DNA of 64,000 bases. It comes from Octopus vulgaris (taxonomy: Eukaryota). Where the stretch lies: the NCBI GenBank assembly GCA_951406725.2, contig OX597815.1, forward strand, positions 98,518,001 to 98,582,000, given 5' to 3'. The position numbers and the translations under genes are program-made. Under the pieces are notes generated by a model. That model was given only the letters and a program-made list of their open reading frames with translations, did not search any database and was not told the DNA's origin. Positions 26,557-40,119 of this stretch are shown one piece after another (positions within the stretch are counted from its first letter, which is position 1; every line of letters starts with the position of its first letter).

Positions 26557-26659
<103 letters not shown>

Positions 26660-27014
26660 CAGAGATCTAGATATAAGCATGTATACATACATATATGTAC
26701 AAAATAACATATATATGCGAATATATATATATATATGTATATATATAATTGAGAGAAAAACCTCTATTAAGCGATTCAATATTGTACAGGACGTCAAAAA
26801 ATGTAAACAACATGAAATACGAAGGCAAACTGTGGTATGCACACAACGAGAGAAACGAATGGAAAGCAAATCAAGTAACATAAAGAACGACTCTTCATCA
26901 GTTGTCGACTGTTCACCTACTCCACATTTCGAGCAATTAACGACAATATGAATCTTCGAAAAACAGTTGATCTCGCAAACCAAAATAAAATTTTGGATTT
27001 ATGGAGGGTCACCA

Positions 27015-27170
27015 CGAGCTCCTTCCATTTTCCGTCCATGAAATCTACTCACAAGGCATTAGTTGGCACGAGGCTATAGTAGAAGACACTTGCTGCAGGA
27101 GACACCCAATGGGACTGAACCTGGAACGACGTGGTTGGGTAGTAAGCTTCTTACCACACAGCTACGCTAT
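27015..27170 (-). mobile_element. SINE (family C)
   Basis: AAATCTACTCACAAGGC...GGGACTGAACCTGGAAC...AAGCTTCTTACCACACAGC. Confidence 0.75.
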
Positions 27171-29449
27171 ATCTATGAAGTCAATTATATAGCTAGCAGC
27201 AGATAAGTGGACGCAGTGGCGGAAAAGTTCTGGTGATATTAAAGTGTATAGGCTACTGTACGTGTATTTGTGTATATGTGTGTGTTCGTGCGTGTCAATG
27301 TGAAAGAGAGATTGAGTGAGAGAGAGAGTGAGAAATAACGTTGAAGAATTTCATTATGAGCGAAAGCCTATGTTGTGTTGATGCTGGTGTCGTGCTGCGT
27401 AGAGTTGTAACGAGGTATGGTGATGTGAGGTAGCGGGTGGTACATGGTTGGTGTTTGTTGTAACTGATAAAGTCACATTTCGCTATGTTTCGTGAATAAT
27501 TTTCATTTCATTCAACAGGTTCTTATTGTTCTTGCACAGCAGTCTTTTGAGATGTCTCCTTCCTTAAACAAATATCAATGTTTATTGAAAAATGCATTAG
27601 GTTTTTGTCTTTAAAACTTTGCTCTTGTATTCATTGAGCAATGTTTGCTATAGACATATTGTCGTCATTTCAGCTAGAATCAATATTATAAAGAACAAAC
27701 TAGAATGGAAAGGGAATCGAACGAGAATAGTTATTTAGCAAAAGATGCGTTGTTAAGGGGTTTTGTTTTGTAATAGAATATTTTTTATCTTTATACATTT
27801 AGTAGCTTTAGCTATAACTTCGGTTTCTTTTATTTTCTTGTGTCTTGCTGTTTTTGTTTGTATATGTTTTATTCTTTAATTAGTATTCTTTTAGAGAAGA
27901 GTATATGTACACATGTATCTTTCATCAGTTGATGTTATTTGAATTACCTCCCTTGCTTGATATTTGTAAATTTTCGACACCAGCAGAAGTCTTTCATCAA
28001 CTAATTAGTCGTATAATCTGCATTTATACAATTCCTTCAACTCATTTACACTGCGTTAGAAGAATCTTTCCGTGAGGCATTTTCACTGTCATATTGTTGA
28101 TGTTTATAATCAGTGTCATTACAGTAACTCGCTCTTATGTATATGTATATGTGCGAGAGTGTTTTTGTGTGCGTGTGTGCGCGTGCATGCGTGTGTATTT
28201 GTCTGTGTATGTATGTGGTGGTGTCTGTGCATCACGTGGTACATGTTTTTCAGTACATATGCTTCAATCTGCTCAGTTTCAATGAGTGCCAGCTGAAGAA
28301 GATGTAAGCATACATCATACACTGAGGCCCAGAAAATTATTGTAGCCTCTGCCCTTTCTACTCTGTCTAAGCCATAAAAGGAAAGTCAGTCATTGAATAA
28401 TTTATGCAAAAATAGTAGTCTATAGTAAGACTATATAACTCTAGTGAATCCTCAGTCACGAAACTACATTATGACGGGCATATACGTTTTAGCTGGGAAG
28501 ATACTCATTTGAGATGATTGCCATTGTTGGTGTCATTTCATTTGGTTTGCGTTATTAATCATGTAATTAAAGCTTGAGTAGCTTAACAGTTTAGTAAATC
28601 TTGCCTAAAATTCAGATGTCAGCATCTTAAATTTATCAACAGTCGTTTGGTAGGCAGGAAAGGATAGGAGCAAAGAGAAAGAAGCAGAAAGCGAGAGGGG
28701 AGAAAAGATGGGAAGCCATGAGATCGTGAATGTTTACAAGCATGTCATTATTAAAATTTATTTATTTTATGCACACGATTTCAACTTTGCTCTAGTAATT
28801 TTTAAGGGGACAGTCGATTATGTTGTTTGTAGTATTTGACGAGTTCCAGACGGATAAAAACCAACCTATCCTTGAAGTGATATAAGCTCAAACATTAAAT
28901 GGCCGTAAGTAATTATGTTAATACTACAAAACATTTTGATCGATGCCCTAACGATTCTGAAATCCCATCGACTAATTATACTTGACTTATTAATGTTAAA
29001 TCACTACTCCGCAGATAACTGTTACGGAGAATTTTTTCAGGTTCGATTAACCAAGGCACGGTATAATACGAGATTATTACATTTACTTTTTCGAGTGAAT
29101 TGTATTACAGGGAAAGTTTCCCTGAGACCCACTCTTGTACATATTTTATTTCCATACAGTCGTTTTCTTATCACTAGTAAAGAGAAAGCTTTAATTTGCT
29201 TAGATAAATGTAATAGGATCGAACATGTCTGGAGTCGTCAATCGTACCTACCAAGAAGAGATTGAAGCATTAGTGATTGAAAAAACTTCTCTTCTCATCA
29301 ACCTTTAAGTATTATGAATTAATTACATTTGCTTCCTTACGACAATGAGTAAGATGACACTAAGTTTATGATTATTCTTCATGAGAAAGGTTTTCTGAAT
29401 CACTTCCCTCACTCAGCAAAGATTAGTCTTAGAGATATAATGATTTCAA

Positions 29450-29652
29450 CTTGTGGCAAAAAGCCAGCTGTTATAGTTAGGTTGAAAGGGACGGTTTATT
29501 ACGTCGAACCCCAATGCTTAACTTGTACTTATTTTATCGTCACCGAAAGAATAAAAGGCAAAGTTGAGCTCGGCGGTATTTGAGCTCAGAATGTAAAAAG
29601 CCGCAGAAAATGCCACTAATCTTTTCTTCCGATGCGCTTACGATTCTGCCTG
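29450..29652 (-). mobile_element. SINE (family A), degraded
   Basis: AAAGGCAAAGTTGAGCTCGGCGGTATTTGAGCTCAGAATG is the reverse of the family A core. Confidence 0.7.
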
Positions 29653-31220
29653 TTCCCATCCTTTTTTTTTTTAGACATATTAAAGCATCTACGTAATAAC
29701 GACGCATAAGTTCTAAATTTAATGAAGTTATATAGATCCTTGCCTCCAAATTTGTTCACAAATCATACTCAATGAATCTGTATTTATTTATCTAACAGTT
29801 ATATTTTAAAATTTAGTAGAAAACCAGAGTATATCAGACAAATGGTAGAAACAAAACGACCAACAACTTTGAATTACTGGTGTTTATGTTATCACTTCCA
29901 AGATAATAACAAAACTAATTAACATACACTGGGTTTGACAGAAAAACGCAATTAACTGAATTCAATGCTTTGCCGTTTTTGCCAATCCTCTGTTCTAAGA
30001 ACATTACGTTAATGGTTCATAAGCTTGCTTTAAAATGTTTACATTCTTGTTTTCTTTCCTACCACTTTTTTTTACTTCATAGATTTAATTCTTTCTTAAC
30101 ACGAAAAACACGAATCTCTCCACAAAATCTAGGGAACATTTTTGAGCAATAAATAAAAATAATTTGATTCTTGTTCTCTTGCCATTTGAAAGAAAACAAA
30201 TTTCAAAAATTCATTCCACCATCAAAAGATAGATAAGTGGAATTAGTTTTATCTGTTTCTCTATTTTGTTTAACATTCTGAGAAATACGATTTCAGATGA
30301 TCAAAATAGCTCTATTCACGATTGATAGAACCGCTACTGTGCTGGATGAAATGTTAAATAGTAATTAATTCGTCTTACAAAGACATCTATGGGTGTGTGT
30401 CGTGTGTAAATACACACTTACACACACACACACACACAGACACACACATACACACACACACACACACATACACACATGCACACATACACACACACACACA
30501 CGCGCACACACAAACACCTAACGTAAACCGTATACTTAGAAATTTCAGAAACATCCACTCGTTGAAGAGTCCACACACGGCTGTTGCTGCAGAATATTCA
30601 ACTATATAGTAATTATACAGAATAATCTTGTATAACGGTATATGTATATAAACTTAGTGACTTAAAGCTACTTTTCTTTCCAAAAACCTAATGTTTTGAT
30701 CTTCTATTAACGAGCGATATCCTTCATACTCGTCTTATATCATTCTTACACACACACACACATATATGTATACACACACACATATATATATATATGTATG
30801 TATATGAAAATGTAATACAAGATACGTGCCTGCACGGAGCACACCTTTATTCACCGTAGAAAATATTTAAAGTGAATTTAAAGAATTCATTGTTGATAAC
30901 GTCTATGCAAAGGAAAAATACGGAATTGCCAAACGAAATTTTTCGTAGAAAACAAGCATGGGGGCGAAGTTATTATATATATATAGCGTAAAAAGAGCGA
31001 ACTTGTTATGAACTTTAGATGATAACTAATGAGGGAAGAGCATGTCCACGTCTTTTTTTCGTGTGTTCTTTTGTCGTCTTTCTAACGTCGTCTTTTCATC
31101 TTATGACATATATAAGATACGTCGCGGTTGTTCAAAATCCTGTGATAAGGCTTACCGGAAGTGGAGCTAACCTTCCAGAGTCTGAGGTCAATTTCTTTCT
31201 CCATCATACACACTCACACA

Positions 31221-31296
<76 letters not shown>

Positions 31297-31830
31297 GTTA
31301 ATCCAAACATGAAAACACAACAACGCGAGGACTTGGAACAAATATAGTATTATTGGACGCTCAGGAAGGAAGGGAAGAAGGAGGTTTTAACGTTTCGAGC
31401 GGAGCTCTTCGTCAGAAACATAGGAAAAGGAAAGATCCAGAGAAGGGAAGACGGAGGAAAAAAAAATCGCCAACTGTACACACGAGGTCACATTTTGAAT
31501 GACCAGAAGGGAATGGGTGAAGAAAAGTTCTTTCAAAGACAGGAGAGTGCAAGAGGAGGTATGTGTGTAAGTATGGATATGTGCGTGCGCGCAGGTCTGC
31601 GTGTGCGTATGTGAGTATGTGTGCAATGATAACACGTGTGTGTGTGTGCGTGTGTGTGTGTGTGTGTGCGTGTATGTGTGTGCGTGTGTGTGTGTGTGTG
31701 GTTGTGGCTGTTAAGCTACGTGTGCGGTAGGGCTTAGTATTGTTTAAGGTCAAGGAAGAAGGAATTAGGTGTGGCTCTTGTGTCTACCCATGTAGAAGAA
31801 TGGTCAGTGAGAGGTACTGCTAGTTTGAAG
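31297..31830 (-). mobile_element. PLE pLTR-like fragment with (CA)-rich trailer
   Basis: Carries an intact minimal HHR; downstream CTTCCTGAGCGT shared with 14775-14786. Confidence 0.6.
31384..31419 (-). ncRNA. Minimal type I hammerhead ribozyme
   Basis: Minus strand: GTTT-CTGACGA-A-GAGC TCC GCTC-GAAACGTTA-AAAC; helix I GTTT/AAAC, helix II 4 bp, palindromic AACGTT. Confidence 0.8.
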
Positions 31831-32494
31831 TATGTGTGTGTGTGTATGTATGTGTGTGTTCATGTGTGTATGCGTAGAGATTGTGTGTGTGGCGAATAAT
31901 CGTGCTTTACTTTGTATATGTGTGCGTGTGTGCTTGTACGTGCGTATGTGTGTACATATGTATGTATAATTGTATGCGTGTATATATAATTGTATGCGTG
32001 TATGTGTGTGTGTAAGCGTATGTGGGTGTATATACGTGTATCCGTGGGGTTGTGAGTGTTAGATGTGTGCATTCATGTGCGTGTGTGCGTGCATATGTGT
32101 GCGCATATTTTTGTATGCGTGTGTGTGTGTGTCTGTGTCTATATGTGTATACGTATGTGTATGTGTGTGTGCGCGTGTAGGCATATATTGTGTGTATGTA
32201 TATGTATATGTGTGTATGTACGTGTGTATATGTGTGTGTGCGTGTATTATGTGCGTATGTATGTGCGTGTATGAAATGCAAAGTATGAATATATCTATAC
32301 ATACAAAATGACAGAAAACAGAAGGTGGGGACATTCAGACGATGAATTTTTAAGTATAAGTATATAGATATCTATATTAATTGGTCTATGTTTAATATAT
32401 TTTATATATATACATATACACACACAAACAGATTATTTTGTTACGGTTATTTCTACAGGAATTATAACTAGCACCGATTTTTGCTACAATATTT

Positions 32495-32540
32495 TGTATT
32501 GAGACGTTTCGCGAGGGATTTTGCCCCTTTATCAGTACTC
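32495..32540 (-). ncRNA. Degenerate hammerhead-like motif
   Basis: CTGATAA-AGGG GCAAAAT CCCT-CGC-GAAACGTC; G8 mutated, helix I poor. Confidence 0.4.
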
Positions 32541-32785
32541 ATCTAACCTACTCTTGCCGCCGAACACATTACTTATATAGCCACCGCATGAAATGGTGTG
32601 AAATTATTGGATATACCAATTTACATATTAAACGCATTCCTGGCGCTGTGTGTAAATATTAAAAACTTGTAGGCACGTGGAAATACGTTGTGCAGTAGGG
32701 CGTGTTGTTGACTGATAAGAGTATTTAACATACTTTATAGTATATTATGGATGCATAACGAAATTCCACGTCACTACACTTCTTT

Positions 32786-32870
<85 letters not shown>

Positions 32871-32890
32871 TGGTAGATAGATAGATAGAG

Positions 32891-34000
32891 AGTGAAGGAG
32901 GAAACAGTGTTTAGTGCTTTCCCATCAACATACACATTAGGGACAACAGCGGGAGGATGTTCACTAATGGGCTGATGTACAAGGTCAGTCTTCTTGATGC
33001 TGATGGTCCAACCAAAAGCCTTTGATACACACGAGAAGTTGTTTAGAATCTATTGTCTGTCCTCAAGAGTGTGTACTACCAGTGCCAAATCGTCTGCGAG
33101 GGGCAAATCTCGAAGAGTTCGCACGAAATTCTTAGTTTTTGCTTTGAAGCGTTGTTTGTTGAACAAGCCACCACCGGTCCTGTTCTCAAAACTTGACTTC
33201 TTCTCTAACACCCTCGAATGCTGTTTCCAGAGCAAATTGGAGCGGTGCAAATTACAGCCTTGCTTTGTCCCATTTGAGACTGTGATATGAACCGGAGACT
33301 TACCCACTAACAGAAGTCACCATCCCCTAACTGAAGGAAATTGAGATTGAGCAACTTTCCGGGAACGCCTAGCTTCCTATGGACAACCCCAAAAGCATCT
33401 CAAGATACAGTGTCGGAAGCTTTAGTTAGATCTACTATAGATACAAAAAGATCTCCGTTATACTTAAGAACATTTTCCTGCAGCTGCATTAGGCTAAACA
33501 TCATATCCCTCGTGTCCCTACCAGCCCGAAAGCTACGCTGAGATTCAGGAACACTAAGCTGACAAAGGCAGCATTTAGTATGTTTAAGGTAGCCATTCCA
33601 AGGATCTTCCGGGGCCAAACAAAGGGGAGATGCTTCTATGGTTGTCACAATCACATATGTTGCCTAGGTCCTTATAAAGATGGGCAATAGAAGCGTTTAA
33701 GATTAAGAAGTGCTGACAAAATTTGTGCAGCAAGAGATTTGCTACCACATTTATATATGCCAACTTGCCCAGACGACTTTCCATTCGTGAGCTGTTTTAT
33801 GGCTTTTTTTTTAATCTCAGCTAACACTTGATAAAATAACTGACAGTCCTTCAAGGACAGGTCTCTGTGGTAGGTCGTTGATATGTTCTTCATCAACAAT
33901 TGAGTACATATTCAGGACATTTGAAAAATGCTCTACCCAACGCTTCGTGATCTCTTTTTCATCTGTCACAAGATTACCCTTGGGAGTTGAGCCATAGGTG
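32891..34000 (-). mobile_element. RTE-clade LINE, RT fragment
   Basis: RWVEHFSNVLN, PESQRSFRAGRDTRDMMFSLMQLQE, DLTKASDTV, NGTKQGC, ADDLALV, FGWTISIKKT across several frameshifts. Confidence 0.9.
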
Positions 34001-34307
34001 CAAAAACACCCTTTAAATATATATATATTCAGAATGCCGACAGACTTCAACGGGGCAAGTTTGAAAAAATGTTTCAATTGACAAAACTTGTTGATGCTTT
34101 TCGCCAGAACTAGAAAGTTTAGTGCAAGTGTATCCAAATGCCAAGATATTTAGCATTGACATGTATTTGGTATGTTAAAGTTATTTGACCCGTTCGCCCG
34201 CTTACGGTTGTTCTTCTGTTGAGTTTTTCAGTGTTATTGGTGGTTTAATTGAGGGCATTAGTTCCTATTTCTAGCAAGTAGGCACCTTGTGTGCCCTTAT
34301 AATTTTA

Positions 34308-34364
<57 letters not shown>

Positions 34365-35434
34365 ACAACAATATAAGGAATGGCCCTAATAGGTCAGATA
34401 TCGTCCAGTGAAGGTCGGGTTGCGGTATACGGATCTCCTGAATCCATACGTGTCAGTGTTATTAAGAGTCCAGGAATGTTAGCTGATTGTCTTTTTCCCT
34501 TTTCCATTGTAAACTGAATGGATGGCTTTATTGAGTTCACATAATCTAACAGCACTTGGACATCTTCTTGTGGGGCCAGAGTGTCATCAAGATATCGCAG
34601 CCATAGGGTTGGTTTTAGTGGTGTTCATCATAAAGCCAAATTCTGAAAGTATTACAAGGAATAGAACATAGTTTTTCTTTACCCCAAATTAGGTCATTAT
34701 ATGCAGGATTACCCGATATATTTCTGTATGTTATATAATTCATATATTTTAATTTCTATTGTTTGCATTCTGGGAGGAGAGATAGCATAAGGCCACAGAA
34801 ATGAGGAGATACCACAAGGTAAAATACCAGGTATGATGGTGATAACGTTGGCGACAGTGGTAGTATATGTGCTGTGTAAATGTTGGAAGTGTTTGTTCGT
34901 GTATGGAGAATAAGATGCAACATTTAATCGTGTTTTGCCAAAACCATGAACTTTCTAAGTTGTCAGATTTCTGATAAATTCTTCGATATTACTCTGCACT
35001 TATGGACCTAAAACATTATCTGTGATTCATCTAATGTGTTTGCACACCTCCTTATCCCTGTGCGTATATATACTTATATATATATGTATATATTACATAC
35101 ACACACACACGTACATACATACACATATATATAAACACATACATACTTATATATATTGATATGTGTGTGTGTATGAGTGTGTACCTTTGTGCGAGTGTGT
35201 GTATACAATTATATATGTATATACGTGAGCAAAACTATTTTTATTCCCTATCATACATGTTTATATGTTTATGTGTATGCGTATATGTAATATAAAAGTA
35301 TATGTATGTACGTGTACACGTACACTTATACATACGTACAGACATGTTTGCATATATACATTTGCATGCTCGAAATTTACGCATGTTCGTCAGTGCATGC
35401 ATTTACGCTTTTTACTGTGTTTGTATGTGTTAGA

Positions 35435-35478
<44 letters not shown>

Positions 35479-35883
35479 TGTGTGTAGGGTTGCGATTTGT
35501 GCATTCATCCTCTAATGCTTGTTTATTTGTAGAAAAGCATCGTTTCTATTTTTTTAATATTTTGTAAGCTTTGTTTTCATGTTGACGTTTTATCTCTTGA
35601 TCAAACATGGAAACGATAACTAGAGAAAAATCAACCTGATGGTTTAGAGTTTACAAAAGCTGGGCGTCTTTGTGTCGGCTTAGCTCCTTTGCCTTTCTTT
35701 GTCTAAGACTGTGGTGCCAGAATAGACCAATCAGCTGCGACGCCACCTCCGTACAAACTGTTTTCCAAATAAACTCACTTCATTAAGGAATGGTGTCGAT
35801 GGCTGGCCAATGGTAGGGAAATAGTTTTCCAGCGGTTCATGTAAATATGTGCTACAAATTAGGCAAACATTAGCACTAATACT

Positions 35884-35890
35884 GAAGAAG

Positions 35891-35922
<32 letters not shown>

Positions 35923-36086
35923 GAAGAAGAAGACGAAGACAAAGAAGAAGAAGAAGAAGAAGAAGAAGAAGAAGAAGAAGAAGAAGAAGAAGATGATGAT
36001 GATGATGATGATGATACCAATAATACTAATCATAATAATAATGAGAAGAAGATGGTGATGATGATGATATCAATAATAATAATAAT

Positions 36087-36125
<39 letters not shown>

Positions 36126-36186
36126 CAACAATAACAATAATAATAATAATAATAATAAGAAGAAGAAGAAGAAGAAGAAGAAGAAA

Positions 36187-36217
<31 letters not shown>

Positions 36218-36310
36218 AAGAAGAAGAAGAAGGAGGAGAAGAAGAAGAAGAAGAAGAAGAAGAAGAAGAAGAAGAAGAAGAAGAAGAAGAAGAAGAAGAA
36301 GAAGAAGAAG
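35884..36310. repeat. Compound (GAA)n/(GAT)n/(TAA)n microsatellite
   Basis: Directly visible; long polypurine tracts. Confidence 0.95.
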
Positions 36311-36734
36311 GCAACAGATTTACTAACAATATGAAAAAGGAGAAGGAATGAAGTAAAAGAGAGAGAAGGAAAAAGGGGATGACAAATGATGAGGAAATGA
36401 CGATGATGATTGAAATACAAACAGAAATGTCTTTAAAAAAATAACAACCAGCATGTATGAATTTTTAATAGAAAATAGTTTATATAATGAAAATAAAGAA
36501 TTATTGGAGAAATCAATTAGAAGCATATTACAAATAGAGAACACCTAAAAACAGTCCTGCTTTAATCTCCCCATACACATACCTATATAGATACATATAT
36601 TTAAAGGATGAAAAGGAATTTAATCACTTGCATATGATGGCATTACAGTCAAGGAATAAATGAAATCAGTTACATGAGTACATGTATGCGAGACAGAGTG
36701 TAGTGTGAATCACTTAGAGAAGGTGAAGTAGAAG

Positions 36735-36982
36735 GTGTGTTTGTATGTTTGTAGGTATATATGTGGAAGAGATTGTAATTCGGCATCACTTAAACGACAT
36801 GCAAAGGTACTTGAAGCCCAGTTACAACTACAGCCGGCTATTTCCAGTAAAGGTTTTAGTTGCCAATTTTGTACAAGACATTGTAGATCTTTAGCTGGGC
36901 TAAAAAGTCACATTCGATCACAGCACCAGTAACAGTTAAGCTTCATGCAATGACCATACTCGATAACGAGGGGGCAGCCATA
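36735..36982 (+). mobile_element. RTE-clade LINE 3' end (C-terminal Zn finger + short 3' UTR)
   Basis: [24 protein letters not shown] matches the RTE/BovB terminal CxxCxRxCxSxxGLxSHxRxH; 50-bp UTR then (TA)n. Confidence 0.7.
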
Positions 36983-37062
36983 ATATATATATATATATAT
37001 ATATACTGCAGTTATATGTATATTTGTACATGAGTATGTATGTGTATATGTATTCATGTATG

Positions 37063-37102
<40 letters not shown>

Positions 37103-37440
37103 TATATATATATGTACATATATATAAATACTATTATATATATGTGTGTATGTGTATATATATAATATATATATATGTGTGCGTGAATAAGGTACATAAT
37201 GTATACCAAGTACTTATATATATATATGTATATATACATACATACATACATACATACATGCATACATGTTTGTGTGTGCGTGTGTGTGAATCCTCATACT
37301 TCAGCGTAGCTAACACGGTACACTCTTTCCTTATTTCAGTTCTAATGCTCACATTACATAAGTTTATCTCTATTTTACTTTCAATACCCCGTTCATTTAT
37401 GTTTTAACATCTATAATAGGATGACTGCTGTTACCATATA

Positions 37441-38388
37441 CAGAGTGTCCCAAAAGTCACCATACACTTTTTTTTTTCTATTTCGTTTCAGGTATCATTA
37501 GACATTAGAGCAGCGTTGGAAAACTGCCGTCTGGCAAGAGGTTTTTCAGTCCCCTATTGCATTTCATTGCAAGTTTGAGAAGGTTTATGGACACCACACT
37601 GCTCCAACATGTAGCATTATTTATGTGATCCATAGCAGGTTTCTCGAAAGAGGATCTGTTCTTGACAAACCACGGAGCGGAAGGTCTGCTACTACCATCA
37701 CAGATGAAACACCGAGCTCCTGAAACAGGCGTTCGCGAAAAGCCAGAGAAAGTCCATCCGAAGGACTGCACTGGAACTTCAACAAAAGCTCGATTCAGTG
37801 GATGCTTCGGAGAGTGATAAAGCTCTTCCCGTACCGACTTCAAGTTGTTCAAAGGCTTCGAGCGGAAGATTATGACGCTCGTGGGGAAACTACTCTCAGT
37901 TCTTGGGAAGCTTATGGCTCAGTGATGAGTCTATATTTCATCTTTCTGGTCGGTGAAACCGACACAATTGTCGAAAATCAAAACCAGTACAGTGTGTGTG
38001 TTTGTGTGTGTGTGTGCTTGTAAAACTATTAGCACAGGGTGCCCAAATGTCACTATACACTTTTTGTCTTCCCTATTTCGTTTCAGATATCATCCGGGGA
38101 GACGTGAGGCTATCAGCTTTTGACACCTTAGGCTTTGTAGTATTTGTAAGTGTATCATTCCCTTACCCGTGGCACACCATTCCACCAGCTTTGGAGCGCT
38201 TATTTTCGAGAATTTGTACTGGTTTTAAACTCTCCAAAGCTGGTGGAATGGTGTGCCACGGGTAAGGGAATGATACACTTACAAATACTACAAAGCCTAA
38301 GGTGTCAAAAGCTGATAGCCTCACGTCTCTCCGGATGATACCTGAAACGAAATAGGAAAAAAGTGTATAGTGACATTTGGGCACCCTG
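37441..38388 (+). mobile_element. Tc1/mariner-superfamily transposon (rosa/DUF4817-like), rearranged
   Basis: TA|CAGAGTGTCCCAAAAGTCACCATACAC left TIR and matching right TIR ending 38388; transposase pieces RFLERGSVLDKPRSGR, KSIRRTALEL, KLFPYRLQVVQRL, SDESIFHLSG..NRHNCR. Confidence 0.85.
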
Positions 38389-38520
38389 TGCTAATAGTTT
38401 TACAAGCACACACACATATGCACACGCACAGACACACATGCACACACACACAGATACACACGCACACACACACAGATACACACATATATTCACATATATA
38501 TATATATATACATGTATCTT

Positions 38521-38633
<113 letters not shown>

Positions 38634-38649
38634 TCCTATGTTACTAGAG

Positions 38650-39390
38650 TCATTTGAAATAGTGCAGAGTCTTCCATTGCAAACACTGTCTATCCAGGGT
38701 TTAACAATTATTTCCAGGACCTCAGTGTAGGCGGTAGAGTTAACTCTAAGGCCTTGTGGAAAGAAGGATACATCAAATGTCCTTCATTGCTGACAACCCA
38801 TAAACCACGACAGTTGTAGGAAAGTTTGTATGCATAACATTTGGAACTTCAGAAGGGTCTGCACATAACCATCTGTCATTTCTTCTGTTAAATTTTTGAT
38901 CTTGGCCGAAGTTTTCTCGTTTGAGAAAAACCAAATCAAATCTTTTTCTGCTGGATTTCTCGGTTTGTTTAAGAGCCTTTTCGATCTGATATAGTGATTT
39001 TCTTTTGGTTTTTTCGGACAAATTGACTGTTCCTCATCATATAACACTTATATCTGATGTCTTCGTGGACAACATTTCTGACTGTTCCTTTTGACACACG
39101 GAGATATTTTTGCAATTGACCTCATGGATTTTCTGGGATTGTAATAAAAGATAATAAAAAAGGTAATAAAAGAGTTGTTGAACTTGCTGGATAAATTAAG
39201 GTGTTCTGATGATTTCAGAGCGTTTAGAATGCTTTTTTATGCTTTGATACTGGTGATAGGTTTCCATCTTCAGTCTCTCGCTCCTTAGAAACTTTGTAGA
39301 CGAAAGATGTAGCAACTTTTAAAATTCGATATATTTCTAAATCGTTATTCTCAGCCTGTAGCAAAAGGTTATGTCCTGAAATACAGGCAT
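38650..39390 (-). mobile_element. Tc1/mariner-superfamily transposase remnant (maT/DD37D-like)
   Basis: [65 protein letters not shown] across frameshifts. Confidence 0.85.
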
Positions 39391-39406
39391 ACATGTTATA
39401 CATGCA

Positions 39407-39642
<236 letters not shown>

Positions 39643-40119
39643 CACGTGTGTGTGTGTGTATAGAAGAGAGAGAAAGTTTATAATGCCTATCGATATGCCA
39701 TACCTCTCTTTGTCTCTCACTTAATTCAGCTAAATATTTTGCAATAACTGCATTTAATTTAGGCACAGGGCCTTAGCATTCTGAGATGTTTGGGGACTAA
39801 CCACTAGGCCCATGTAATTGACTAGTTCGTTATTTTATCGAACCTAGATTGATCAAGCTAAAATTGGTCGCGGCATCATTTGGACTCGGAACGTAAAATA
39901 TCAGAAGAACTTCCACAGGACATTACTCCCGAAGCCCAAAAGAGTGAGAGCCCACCTTCTGAATGCTCTGTAACAAGGATTTACATCATAGTGATTAAGC
40001 CTTATACATGTATCGAGCGTTTAATTGCTTAGATCGATTCAGTACTTGACGAATAAATTTTACGGACTCTGAAAGCATAAACGGTTCAGTTGGATTAAGC
40101 GTGTCATATCACCGAAAGA

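Noticed and set aside
28290-28326. Hammerhead (CTGAAGA + GATGTA/TACATC stem)
   Set aside because: No GAAA or cleavage triplet.
36735-36932. Host C2H2 zinc-finger gene
   Set aside because: Spacing matches the RTE LINE C-terminus, followed by a short UTR and microsatellite; no TGEKP linkers.
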